Shown here: in pieces, positions 9,401-18,891 of the stretch
Position numbering within the stretch: position 1 is the stretch's first letter
How the letters are laid out: each line of letters opens with the position of its first letter
Assembly (NCBI GenBank): GCA_001275005.1
Contig: JWZX01003323.1
Coordinates: 1-48,992 of the forward strand
Direction: 5' to 3'
Origin: Chrysochromulina tobinii
Taxonomy: Eukaryota
Length of the DNA: 48,992 nucleotides
Translations under genes and position numbers: made by a program
Notes under the pieces: generated by a model
What the model was told of the DNA's origin: nothing
The model's input: the letters and a program-made list of their open reading frames with translations, nothing else
Databases searched by the model: none

Positions 9401-11294
9401 CCCACAGTGTCACCACGTCTGGAGCGTAGGCCACCGCCAGCAGCGTGCCATCCGCGCTGAAGGCAACGGCTGTGGCGGCCGTCTGGCGGTAGTAACCGAC
9501 AGAGCGGCACGCCCACCGGACGCTCGAAGCCTCGGAGCCATGCAGAATGGTGCTCGCATCGCCGCCGCCGGCCGTGCCTGCGCCCACCACGGCGCCCACA
9601 CGTGCCTTGGCGTCGGCGTGTGGGGGGCTGAGGAGACCTTCCCACAGCTTGAATTTCGCATCGGTCGCGGCGGAAGCGACGAGGAGGAGGCGTGGATGGA
9701 AGGTGAGCCCCGTGACGCGCCCCTGGTGCGGCTGTGGCACGCGCGCCGCGAGCACCCACTCGCCCTCCGACAGCCTCCAGAGCTTCAGAGCGGAGTGCTG
9801 GCGCAGCTCGGCCTCTGAGCGTGACTCAACGGAGGCGAGCGCCATGCCGTCGGCAGAGAGGCAAGCGAGGCTCACCTGCACAAGGGCAGCGCCGCCCGCA
9901 GCGGACGGTGGATTCGCAGCGCGCGCCGCCGCGTCATCCGTCGTCGCGCCCCCGAGCGCGGGGAGCGAGCCGGACACGTTGCGTGGCGCCACCTCCAGAG
10001 AGCCGAGCTGCTTATCGTACTGGGGGGCCCACCACTGCAGACGACCCCCCGCGCCCCCCCCATGGAGCACGACGCTGCGTGTGCGCGCGTCGGCGGCCAT
10101 ACGCGAGGCCAGGAGCAGCCCGTGCACGTGCAGTCGCACCTCATTCCTCGCGAGGTCGATCAGACGCACCGTATTGTCCGCACCGAGCACCGCAGCGCCC
10201 GTGCCGTCGGCCGTCGTGGCGAGAGCGGTGAGCGGAGCGCCCAAGCGAGGGAGGAAGCCTCGGTGCGCCGAGTCGAGCTGCCACGAGACGAGGACGCCCT
10301 CGCGCCCGGCCGAGTACAAGTACGCGCCGTCCGCGGAGAAGGCGAGCGCGCCCAGCCGCTGCGCGTGCCAGTGGCGTTCCGATGCGCGCAGCGGGCCACT
10401 CGCGCCACCGTCGACGCGCCAGAGGCAGATGCGCCCGCAGTCGTCGCCCGAGGCGGCGAGTGGCTCGGTGGGCGAGAGGGCGAAGCACGTCATCTCGCGC
10501 CGCTGGTTGACGTCCACGAGCGTCCCCGCCGCCACGTCATGCAGCCGGAGCATCTTGCCGCACAGCGCGCCGACCACCGACGACCCGCCGCCGCACCTGC
10601 CGACGGCGAGCGCCGTCGCGCCACGCGCCTTGAAGAGGAAGGTGGCCGCCGCGGGCCACGGGCGCGCAGCGGAGCCGAAACTGGTGCTCATCGCCGCGCC
10701 GCCGCCGCCGCTGCTCGTCGCGGAGGGGCCCACCACCGCCATGCCCTCGTCCTCCGCCTCGGCGCCATCGCCCTCCGCGGGTGGGCGCGCGGCGGCCGGG
10801 CGTGCGAGATACGAGGCGGCCCAGTCCGTCTGGCTCTCGATGGCTTTACGGCCCAGTCCGACCGAGTAGACGCGGCCCGCGTGCACGAGGCCCTGACAGT
10901 AGACCGGCACGTCGGACGGCGGCGCCTCGCTGCCGCCGCCGCCGGTGAGCACGATTGCGGTCGGTTCGGGCTGTGCAGCGTCGAGCGCCATCGCGAGGAT
11001 GGGCAGGCCGACGCACACGACGCGGAGCACCTTGGCTTCGTCCAGGTCCCAGAGCAGGATACGCCCGTCCACCGATGCCGAGAAGGCCTGCAGCTCCAAC
11101 GTCGGGTGCTGCACGACCGCCGTCACCTCGGCGGTGTGGCCGACGAGCGTGCGCACCTGCGCGCCCGTGACGGTCGAGAAGAGCTTGATCACGTAGCCCG
11201 AGCAGCACAGCAGAAACTTTGAGTCGGACGTGTACGCGATGCGCGTGAGCAGTCCGCCCGAGGAACGCGGGACCGGCGCAGAGCTGGAAGACAT
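6486..11294 (-). CDS. WDR75: WDR75/Utp17 (NAN1)-like WD40 SSU-processome protein with long C-terminal extension containing a SAP domain
   Basis: The N-terminus reads GGLLTRIAYTSDSKFLLCCSG..TG...LVGH, and the family hallmark RHWHAQRLGALAFSADGAYLYSAGREGVLVSWQL...FLPRLGAPL is present. A SAP motif MKVTELKEALSARGLSTAGKKQDLQGRL lies at ~7156-7269. Start is placed at the ATG of MSSSSAP (11294), because the upstream part of the ORF overlaps the yippee gene. Confidence 0.85.
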   Translation of the reverse strand: MSSSSAPVPRSSGGLLTRIAYTSDSKFLLCCSGYVIKLFSTVTGAQVRTLVGHTAEVTAVVQHPTLELQAFSASVDGRILLWDLDEAKVLRVVCVGLPILAMALDAAQPEPTAIVLTGGGGSEAPPSDVPVYCQGLVHAGRVYSVGLGRKAIESQTDWAASYLARPAAARPPAEGDGAEAEDEGMAVVGPSATSSGGGGAAMSTSFGSAARPWPAAATFLFKARGATALAVGRCGGGSSVVGALCGKMLRLHDVAAGTLVDVNQRREMTCFALSPTEPLAASGDDCGRICLWRVDGGASGPLRASERHWHAQRLGALAFSADGAYLYSAGREGVLVSWQLDSAHRGFLPRLGAPLTALATTADGTGAAVLGADNTVRLIDLARNEVRLHVHGLLLASRMAADARTRSVVLHGGGAGGRLQWWAPQYDKQLGSLEVAPRNVSGSLPALGGATTDDAAARAANPPSAAGGAALVQVSLACLSADGMALASVESRSEAELRQHSALKLWRLSEGEWVLAARVPQPHQGRVTGLTFHPRLLLVASAATDAKFKLWEGLLSPPHADAKARVGAVVGAGTAGGGDASTILHGSEASSVRWACRSVGYYRQTAATAVAFSADGTLLAVAYAPDVVTLWDPLTNELLHSLCQPLASPTDELCYVGFPGEGGALLAHSSQVVLCWHLLSGSLAWMHAATAVLSAATDPQSDAMLVAVALETPAPNADARAGASADAAGPGGARVSGARVSGAPAADAGAASEGEGAAAAGRRYAVLEFGASELLGLPAAAADADAAAASVVVSGSVPRRVWQLGGSAPPRAVAFLPAPSGHAGTPLALTAKGELHPLCAVVEADAAAGADGAAPATVEAGAAAGGSSRSAVASMRSELSSLAAMSGGSRLETVFGQTEFKKALDELAFDPTDPATAAAQAAAAAAVARAGQRDESTLDMAPGWEARNLDKWFKEMANVPSHLLPPVTVLHEQMMKLTLLPPPHLQPASTGRISELRRLVRLQAQREGPEAVKALKETIALVVPLLQRKYPSEEEAEKARKKILQHVRKLERMRDAREAREAQEKGTMGEEGVVGEAQEEAPEEPHEAVEATPMAADQPMSEPTATAPEGRLAKKAKRSKGSAKRLAAAAAAADAQADLEPGAPGPMEAEAVGEGEDEPTEAMDTSSNGARNGARTAPATAPATAPATAPAESSYEEDERFTAEGLPAEGWTSVTVDGYEDIDFGIVVRDFANRPPPTWHPGMGVAGMSNLSAEDQAFWKEHAYSEDDLAAFGEVLKKKINSPKGPKWVSDAPPVPNHRSDTGAATGTATGTATGTATGAGGGAGGGAGGAPAAGAGLEPPLERAQVLEMKVTELKEALSARGLSTAGKKQDLQGRLLEAQEAAAEAAAAAPAAAAPAAPADEGGEDEDEVLAILEGRAAEPPDILEFMNYLPYRRVKAAAAAAAAAAGKFVDDFDPFDPEANPYKGVVLEGSPDGADLQTEIDRAVRMLESTKLEVHPLRGFGLAPVLPGSPAYEFIMAGAPPRPPDWQENPTKAEWIEIAKTYRQRREAGESADDLRVLRAALRACGVRRASKVVDKDDDDEEERLIREDEERRARGGAC

Positions 11295-11511
11295 TATCGA
11301 GGAGGCGACGCGCCTCACGATGGCGTCGGCGCTCTCATTCACGAGGCAACTTTCGAGGCGAGGTGAGAGCGCTGGGCGCACACATCCATTTAAGGCAACG
11401 TTCCAGATGACGGTTGTGAACTTGACCCAGAAGTCCACAGCGGACCACAGGCGATCGGACGGACCATCTTCATCGCCCTCTCTGCTCGGCTCTGCTCGGC
11501 CGTGTGAGCCC

Positions 11512-12211
11512 ATGGGACGCATCTTCCTCATGCACGTGAGCGCCTGCACCCCCGCGCGAGCTTTGCCGTGTAAACGGGGCCAAGCCTGCCCGAGACGCGC
11601 ACGCTCTACACTCCCTGCCCAGTACGCGTCTTCGAGTGAAAGTTCGAACCTCGTCGCAGGTCGACGCCGAAGTCGTGTATTGCTGCTCCTGCTGCCACGC
11701 CCACCTGGCCGACCACAAGGCGATCATCTCGAAGGCTTTCCAGGGCCGGCACGGCCGAGCCTACCTGTTTGACAACGTGATCAACGTATCCCCGGGGCCT
11801 TCAGAGAATCGGCTGCTTCTAACAGGCCTCCACGTGTGCCAATGGCGTGCGCCTCTTAACCACCGCGCCGCAGCCCTCTGCCGCGGGCCACCACGCCCCC
11901 TTGAGCTCTTGCGGTAAATTTCCCGTTTGGCGTGGCGAGTACACTGAGCTCTCGTGCGTGCGGGCAGGTTGTGGCGGACATTTACTGCAATGCGTGCGAC
12001 ACGCGGCTGGGCTGGAAGTACATCGATGCCTTTGAGGAGTCACAAAAGTACAAGGAGGGCAAGTACATCCTTGAGAAGGCCATGATACTCAAAGATACTG
12101 AGATCCGGCAGCAAAAGGCGGAGGCCCTCATGCGTCTGCAGTCTCAGCATGAGCAGCAGCAGCGGCAGCAGCGCAGGCGGCTGCAGCCGAGTGGCAGCGG
12201 GCCAGTGCCAA

Positions 12212-12254
<43 letters not shown>

Positions 12255-12375
12255 TGCCGCCAACGGAGACGATGGCGAGGACGACGATGAGGAGGAGGAC
12301 GAAGAAGGGCGTGACGCCGCCGTGATATCGTCATCACCGCCGGGGCCTGGCAATGAGGTTGGATGGCGGAGGTGA
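11512..12375 (+). CDS. YPEL: Yippee/Mis18 zinc-binding family protein with acidic tail (3 exons)
   Basis: Exons are 11512-11535 (MGRIFLMH), 11660-11833 ([33 protein letters not shown]) and 11968-12375 ([31 protein letters not shown]). GT-AG introns are 11536-11659 and 11834-11967. Two CxxC pairs are present. Confidence 0.93.
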
Positions 12376-12522
12376 TGGAGTCGCCGGTGGGCCCTACAAG
12401 GAGAAACTGACGCCGGTGATCGGCCCTACGCGGAGGTTTTCAGGTCATTTAGACAGCATGCTGTTACGTGCACACATCGCTGAACCACTCTGTCGTGTGC
12501 GATATTACTAAAATCCCTTGTC

Positions 12523-12837
12523 TCACGCACCGGTCGGGGCATCACGCCTGGACCTATCACTCGGCTTGCCAAATGCCATCCGAAAAGCAGCTTCGCAGTC
12601 CGGTGTCCACTGCTCATGCCGTTCGTTGTTGAACTTGAAGTTGCGCTGGATCCTACCACCGACCGGCTGCGAAGCCTTCTGAGTCCAGATCGGTTCCCTT
12701 TGGCTGCGCTGAAATGCAATGTGCTGCTGCCGTGTGTTGCCGTCGCGTGCCTCGGCCTTGTCGAGACGCGCGAGGAAGTCTTCGGACGAGCCATGGAGCG
12801 ACGCGGCCTTGAAGGATGGTTGTTTGTGCTGCAGCAT
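12523..12837 (-). CDS. Small hypothetical protein (104 aa)
   Basis: ATG-initiated ORF with protein-like composition. It sits 234 nt head-to-head from the Kelch gene ATG, matching the spacing of the other divergent pairs. No family recognised. Confidence 0.5.
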   Translation of the reverse strand: MLQHKQPSFKAASLHGSSEDFLARLDKAEARDGNTRQQHIAFQRSQREPIWTQKASQPVGGRIQRNFKFNNERHEQWTPDCEAAFRMAFGKPSDRSRRDAPTGA

Positions 12838-13071
12838 TTGTGACGCCTACTCGACGCCGAGGGGCGGCGTCGGTCGGCCCCCTTGGACGGACAAGCGACG
12901 GGCAATGCGACTTTTGGAAGTCGCGGTATCGAGTGTTTTCAGAGGCAGCTACAAGTCGCAATCTAGCACCTCTGACGACCTTTTTCATCACCACAACGCT
13001 CCACCAGTGTCAATCGAAATTCTGATAGAGCGGAATGTTCATGGAGTTTTCTTGTCAAGTCCTTGGGGACG

Positions 13072-15321
13072 ATGGCCAGCGAGGCGCTGCGCTCTGCTTG
13101 CTGTGAGGATATGGCCACCGAGGTCCTCACGAGCATCGCCAGATGCCTCATTCCCAGCCGTGGCTTGAGCTGCGCCAGCAACAGTGAATGGGCAAGCTTC
13201 ATCAGCTTCATCTCGACGTCGCACGTCATGTATGCAGCCGCGCTCGAGGCCCTGCGTGAGCGTGTGCCGGTCATTTTCGAGGCTGGCCTCGACCCAGACC
13301 CAGCAAGGACTTGCGCTCTTCTTGGTTCACTGCTGACTGGCGGTGGGCAGGCCATGTGGCAAGCCTTCCGGCCGCTTCGAGCGGTGAGGCCATCGACTAT
13401 GCACACTATGCCGCTGCAGGCGCCGCCGCGCGTTTCGGGCGCTTCCTTGTGCGCGCTCGCGCCGCAGCAACTATGCCTCTTCGGCGGGCGTGATTCTATC
13501 AGCGGTGATACGCTCGGAGCGACGCGTCTCGTGTCGGTGCGGTCGGGCGTCGCCGTGTGGGATGTGTTGACCTCGAAGACACACCCGCCCGCGCGCTGCT
13601 ATCACACCGCCGCGCTCTGGCCAACGGCGCGCGGCTCCCGTCAAGGTTCGGGAGTGTGCTCGCCCATGGTGGTCTTTGGCGGGGCTGGGGACGGCGACGG
13701 CCAGGGCAACGAGAATCTGTTGTCCGATTTGTGGTGTGCCACCGTCTCCGTCCCGGTTCCATTGAGCGCCGCGGTCGCTGGAGGCGCCACGGGCCGGCCA
13801 TGTGTGCCACAGCCCCCGCTGAGCTGGCGTCCGCTCGAGCCTCGGAGCGAGCGTTCGCCCTCTGGGCGCTCTTCGCACGTGTGTGCGGCGTGGGCAGCGG
13901 CGGGCGCGCTCGTGATTCACGGAGGGCTGTCGTCTGGAGGTGTGCTCGGTGACACGTGGCTGCTCACTCGTGGGAGGCATGAGGGGTCGGGCACGGAGCA
14001 GTGCGACTGGATCGAGGTCGTCACGAGCGGCGCGTGCGTGCAGCGCGCACACCATTCTGGCGGCGTGGTGGCCGAGAGCACTCTCCTCATCTTCTCTGGC
14101 CAGGTCTGATTGCCATTGATTGCGGCCGAGTCTCCCTGATTGCGATTGATGGCCATTGATGGCCATTGATTGCTATTGATTGCGGCCGAGTCTCCCTGAT
14201 TGTCATTGATGGCCGCCCCGGACTGCTCCTCTGACGGCCCTTCTGATCCGCAGGACGAGACGCTGATCACACAGCACACGCTCACCGCCCTCGACCTGAG
14301 GACGGCGGTGTGGACCGTCACCCTTCTCCCCACAGAAGGTCCACACGGCTGGTCTACGCGCCGGCTGGCGAGTAGTGGTGCTCAGGACGGCGCCGCGCCC
14401 GTCGCGCGGATCGACGGCGCGGGGACGGCTATCAACGGCGTCGGTCTCATTGTCTTCGGGGGTGTCGGAGATGACTTCGGCTTTGTGTCCGCGACTGACG
14501 CGTGGCTCCTGCGCCACGGCACTGATGTGCGCCCACGACGGCGGATCGCGCGCGTGCACGCCTCCGCCTCCGCCTCCACCATCACAACGCGCGAGCATGC
14601 CGCCGCCCCCTCCGCCACGGCCTGCACGCCGTCCACAAGCGCGCCCCCTTCGACCGCCTTGGCCGCCTCCGCCTCGACCAATACCGCCCACGACAGCGCC
14701 GCGTCGCCCTCCTCCGCCCACGCCGCCGCCTCGAGCATGGTGGGGGCGGGTCCGTGCCCACGCGCCTGCCTCTGCATGTGTGCGGATGGCATGCGCGTCT
14801 ACATCTATGGAGGCTTCGATGGTGAGACCGACTTGTGTGACTTGTGGGGCCTCGACCTGCAGCCGGCGCCCGCTCGGGACTCGGGCCACGCGCTGCGCCC
14901 TCCCGACCGTGGCGGCGCTGTCGTGGGCGGCGCGACGAGCGGCACGATGCGCGGCACGGCAGCGCCAACAGGCGCGCCATTCGACGTGGGGTTGTTCAAA
15001 GAGCGCCAGGCGCGCGCCACGGCGGCGCTCAACCAGTCGGCAGGTGCGGCGAGGAGCCCGAGCGCCGCCGGGACACCTCTCCACGTGCTCGTTGGGTTGG
15101 CTGCTCGCTCGGCGGACTGCGTCGACGGAGCCGCTTCCGTCGGTCAGGGCACTCTGCCGCTCGTGCCGCCCACGCCCGCGACGGCGCAACCGGCCGAGCT
15201 CGAGTGTAGCGTTGGGTTGGGCGACGGCCACGGCCGAGCTCAACGTGCCTCACCCTCTTGCATGCTCGAGCTCTCCCGCAATGCTATCTCCGAGCACGTG
15301 CTCGCCGCCTTCCGGCAGTAG
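13072..15321 (+). CDS. Kelch-repeat protein (possible F-box-like N-terminus), 2 exons
   Basis: Kelch motifs LCLFGG, PPARCYHTA, VVFGG, PSGRSSH, VIHGG, IVFGG and YIYGG are present. Exons 13072-14103 and 14254-15321 join in frame (IFSGQ/DETL) across GT-AG intron 14104-14253. Confidence 0.85.
14104..14253 (+). repeat. Spliceosomal intron built from a 10-bp-register minisatellite
   Basis: Decamers TGCCATTGAT/GGCCATTGAT/TGCGGCCGAG/TCTCCCTGAT lie in strict 10-bp phase with a 60-bp higher-order duplication. GT..CTGAC..CAG splice signals are present. Confidence 0.85.
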
Positions 15322-16000
15322 CCACGGGGCACCACGGGGCGGGTGACCGAACGGCCACCCCCTGAACCAACTCCCCACAGTAGGTAGACGTTCCTGCCAC
15401 GTCTAGCGTGCGTTCCGTTTGAAGGCTTGTGAGGCCTATAAGGGCGCTCGAGTGTGCGTACTGTGTTAGGAGCCCGGCCCGTGGCCGGCTCCCGTCACGG
15501 TGGGGCTGTTTGATAATTTCAACATCGGGTACATCCCTTTCACAGATGCGCAGCACAGAGAAGACTGTGTTGAGGGGCGTAGGTCCAACCGAACTTACGC
15601 ATGAACTTACGTAGGTGATTGTGAAGCTTTCTCCGGCGATGTAGACGTCTGTACTCAGCGCCTCCTCGGCGCCTCTAATATGTCTTTTTAGCTATATAGA
15701 CTATCGTATCACACCAATAAAGTACCCGATACACGACGCACCTGGGTCATGGGTCGAGATCGCACTAAGATTCACTCAGACTCACGCACATGCACAGTTC
15801 TCAGTTTCGCGCATCTCACCCTGCAGCCGCACGGCATGGACGGCGCATCCATGTGTACATGCAATCGCCAATCACCACCCGCTCCCACGACGTCCCACCC
15901 TCTGCCATTCCGCAATCGTTGTTCCCAACATGTACGTCGATTGCGCATGGACACAGCGCACGGAGAGCCCATACGCTGCTGGGTGTCCGCCTCCATGCTC

Positions 16001-16932
16001 TCACATCACCTCGAGGTGGTACAGCTCCCCTGACTGCGCGCCGGCAGCAATCCTCGGCCAACTCACAGCCACACACGAGATCGGGCTCGGCGCATAGAAT
16101 GCGCAGCCCCCGTCCTTCATGCGAATTGTCGAGCCATCGCGCACCACACCCTCGGCCTCTTTGCTGAAGGCCATGGCCTTGCCTGGACGCGAATCGAGCA
16201 GGTTGAAGGAATCTGCATCCCAAACTTTGATCGTCTTGTCGAACGATCCGGACACAATCTTGGTCCCGTCAGGGGAAAACGCAACCGACATGACCCAGCC
16301 GCTGTGGGCATTCGTCTTCTCGCTCAGCATCTCCAGTTTGTCTGCCAGGCAAGCCAACAGGCGTCAGTTTTGGCCAAGGAGGGGCGATTTTGGGCTCGCG
16401 GCGCACCCGAATCCCAGACTTTGATCGTCCCGCCATTGCATGCGGACACGATCTTGGATGGCGAAAATGCCACCGAGTTGATCCCGTTGCTGTGGGCGTC
16501 CGTCTTCTCGCTCAGCAGCCCCAGCGTGGCTGCCAGACAAAAGCCAACACGCGTCAGTTTCGGCCAAGGAGGGGCGATTTTGAGGACTTCGGCACACCCA
16601 AATCCCAGACTTTGATCGTCTTGTCGTACGATCCCGAGACAATCTTGGTCCCGTCCGGGGAAAACGCCACTGACATGATGTAGTTGCTGTGGGCGTTCGT
16701 CTTCTCATTCAGCATATCCAGTTTGCCTGCCAGGCAAGCCAGCAGGCGTCGGTTTTGGCCAAGGAGGGGCGATTTCGAGGGCTCCGGCGCACCCGAATCC
16801 CAGACTTTGATCGTCTTGTCGTCCGATCCGGACACAATCTTGGTTCCATCCGGGGAAAACGCCACCGACCGGATGGTGTCGCTGTGGGTGTTTGTCTTCT
16901 CCGCTACACAGTTGATGAGCATTGCGATCATC
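16001..16932 (-). CDS. HET-E/NACHT-WD40-type WD40 repeat array, one blade per exon; 5' end/NACHT not found (orphan or truncated)
   Basis: Exons (minus strand) are ~16903 or 16932-16793, 16726-16598, 16529-16407 and 16341-16001. Phase-1 GT-AG introns are 16792-16727, 16597-16530 and 16406-16342. Repeats follow [35 protein letters not shown], ending in the cap [32 protein letters not shown]. Confidence 0.8.
16342..16792 (-). repeat. Three near-identical introns in ~190-bp exon+intron tandem units
   Basis: All three share GTG(C/T)GCCG....AAATCGCCCCTCCTTGGCC(A/G)AAAC(T/C)GACGC.TG.TGGCTT...CTGGCAG. Lengths are 66, 68 and 65 nt. Confidence 0.92.
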
Positions 16933-17772
16933 CTGCGAACAAAAGAGACGTGTGTAATCGGCAGCATGGAGATATGTGGGACCACGAGCGGCTGCAAGCT
17001 CGAAGGGCGCTTGAAGGGTCTCGACGCAGGCATGCAACAGCCCACAGCATGCCAGAAGTATGAGGGGGATCGCGCGCGGCGTGTGGGTCGACCGAAGCTC
17101 AGCGCGAACGGAGAGTCGCATGCCCTCCGCTCGAGAGAGGCAGCCCACAGCTCGGGGCCTCAGGATTGGGCAGTCACGTGGCAGTGAAGCGCGCGGGGGT
17201 GGAGAGGAGGGAGGCGTACTGGTCGGCAGCGGCGCGCGACTGCGGAAAGGCACACGCGGAAAAATCACAGCCATGAGAGAGATAAAGGGAGACGCAATGT
17301 GTGCTCACGGAATGCCAGCAGGGCACCATGGAGGAAAGCACCTGAGCGGCCTCGAAGGATCCGTGTGCGAGGGCGGTGCGGTGTGCGCGTGCAGCGATCG
17401 CACCGACGCACACGTCGAGCACGGCGAGCGACGGAGCGCGTAGTAGCGCGTGAGCGTGCACGCGCTCCTTGCGCTTTTGCGATGTCGACAGCCATTTTTG
17501 CGGCGATCGGTGTGAACGACTTGAAAGTAATTTCAACCATGGCTGTGAAGGTTCTGTGAGCGCGGCACGCGTTGCATGTCGCGAGCATGAGAATGAAGCG
17601 ACTGTGACGTGTGCGAGGTGTTGCCCTTCACGCTTTTGTGGTTTGGTTTGTGCGTGTTGGTGTGTTGTGAATGAAGGGTAATTCTAACCCAAGCGACGCC
17701 CCGATTTAAGATCGACCCGAGAGCCGATAGACGCGGCAGACGGCGGCTCACACGTCGACACACGACACAGGC

Positions 17773-18660
17773 TCACGACGAGTGCTTCGAAGCCAAAGCC
17801 GTGCCCTTTCGAGTGGACCACAGCACACGACTCAAACACACGCTGCCGATGAGCAAGGTGCACAGCTCGCAGAGGTGCCGCGCGAAGGTGTGGCACGTTC
17901 GACCGAGTAGCCAGCGCTGCGCTGTCCAGAATGGTCCCCTGTAGTAGTAGGAAGGCCAGAAGCGGCGCAAGAGGGGCTGAGGCGTCTCAAAGAATATGAG
18001 CTGCCATAGGTGCTCCAGCACCCAAGGCACCTGCTCCTCGTGATTTCGGCGCTTGCGGTCGGGTGCGCTCTCGCTCTCCCCGTGCCACGCGAGCAGGCGT
18101 TCGTAAAACGCGCGTGGCCGTCGCCGGATGCGCTCTCTGCTCACCAGCAAGATGGCGCACACGTTGGTCTCGTATTCCGACGGCATCGCGATGCCGAAGC
18201 GCACGCATGCGTCATGCAGACGTCCATAGAGCGGATCGCCAGCAGCTATGCGCCGACGCGGCGCCAACTTGCGTCCACGGTACGCCACTTGAAGAACCTC
18301 CCCACCGTCACCCACCCGCACCACACGATGGATGCGCGCATAGAAGCCCTCGCGGTGATGCTTTGGCACGTGCACGCTCGCAATATCGTCCTGCACGAAG
18401 AGCGTATAGGCTGCGAGGCCCTGCTCGTAGTTCCGCACGATGTGCTGCAGGTAGCTCTCGCTTTCGCGCCCGATGTTGCGCAGCCTGACATGCTCATCAG
18501 CCGTTGGCAGCGCGACGGCAGAGCCCGACTTGTCGTACACCACGCTGCGCACGACGGCCGCGCCCTCCAGGGCTCTCGACAAATCGGCGAGCCACGGTTC
18601 GAAAGAGCGGTCGGAGTACAAGGCGACGACGACGTCGAGGGCCACCGAGTGACGCTCCAT
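17773..18660 (-). CDS. DUF3431 family protein
   Basis: Motifs VVVALY, VYDK, LRNIGRESESYLQHIVRNY..LAAYTLFVQDD, LVSRERIRRRP..FYE.LL and PWVLEHLWQLIF are present. ATG is at 18660. Confidence 0.8.
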   Translation of the reverse strand: MERHSVALDVVVALYSDRSFEPWLADLSRALEGAAVVRSVVYDKSGSAVALPTADEHVRLRNIGRESESYLQHIVRNYEQGLAAYTLFVQDDIASVHVPKHHREGFYARIHRVVRVGDGGEVLQVAYRGRKLAPRRRIAAGDPLYGRLHDACVRFGIAMPSEYETNVCAILLVSRERIRRRPRAFYERLLAWHGESESAPDRKRRNHEEQVPWVLEHLWQLIFFETPQPLLRRFWPSYYYRGPFWTAQRWLLGRTCHTFARHLCELCTLLIGSVCLSRVLWSTRKGTALASKHSS

Positions 18661-18891
18661 TCTCGTCAAAACTTCAGACTCGAACCGGAACGTTGAAAGA
18701 TGCCAGCCACTATGCTATTTTTGTAGGACGATTCGGTCTCGCTGATCGGGGATTATTGGGATTCACAGGGTCTTCTGAACCCTTTTCCGCGGACCTTTAT
18801 TATTTAATGGAGGTCGACACCAAGCCCGCTGTCTAGCCGAGAGGACCTTCTAACGTCAACGTGACTCAGCCTGGAGGGGCCGTCGATTGCC

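Noticed and set aside
7009..11222. Long plus-strand ORFs antisense to WDR75 (also 27089-29298, 4129-4998, 45638-46570)
   Set aside because: These are shadow ORFs expected from high GC3 codon usage. They are Ala/Ser/Arg-rich with no motifs.
11295..11549. N-terminal 85 aa of the 1687-aa ORF
   Set aside because: It overlaps yippee exon 1 and the shared promoter. WDR75 similarity begins after the ATG at 11294.
12213..12305. (GAGGAC)n repeat as independent element
   Set aside because: It simply encodes the Glu/Asp tail of the yippee protein.
15322..16000. Possible ncRNA or transposon in the Kelch-WD40 gap
   Set aside because: No terminal inverted repeats, tRNA cloverleaf or coding signal recognised.
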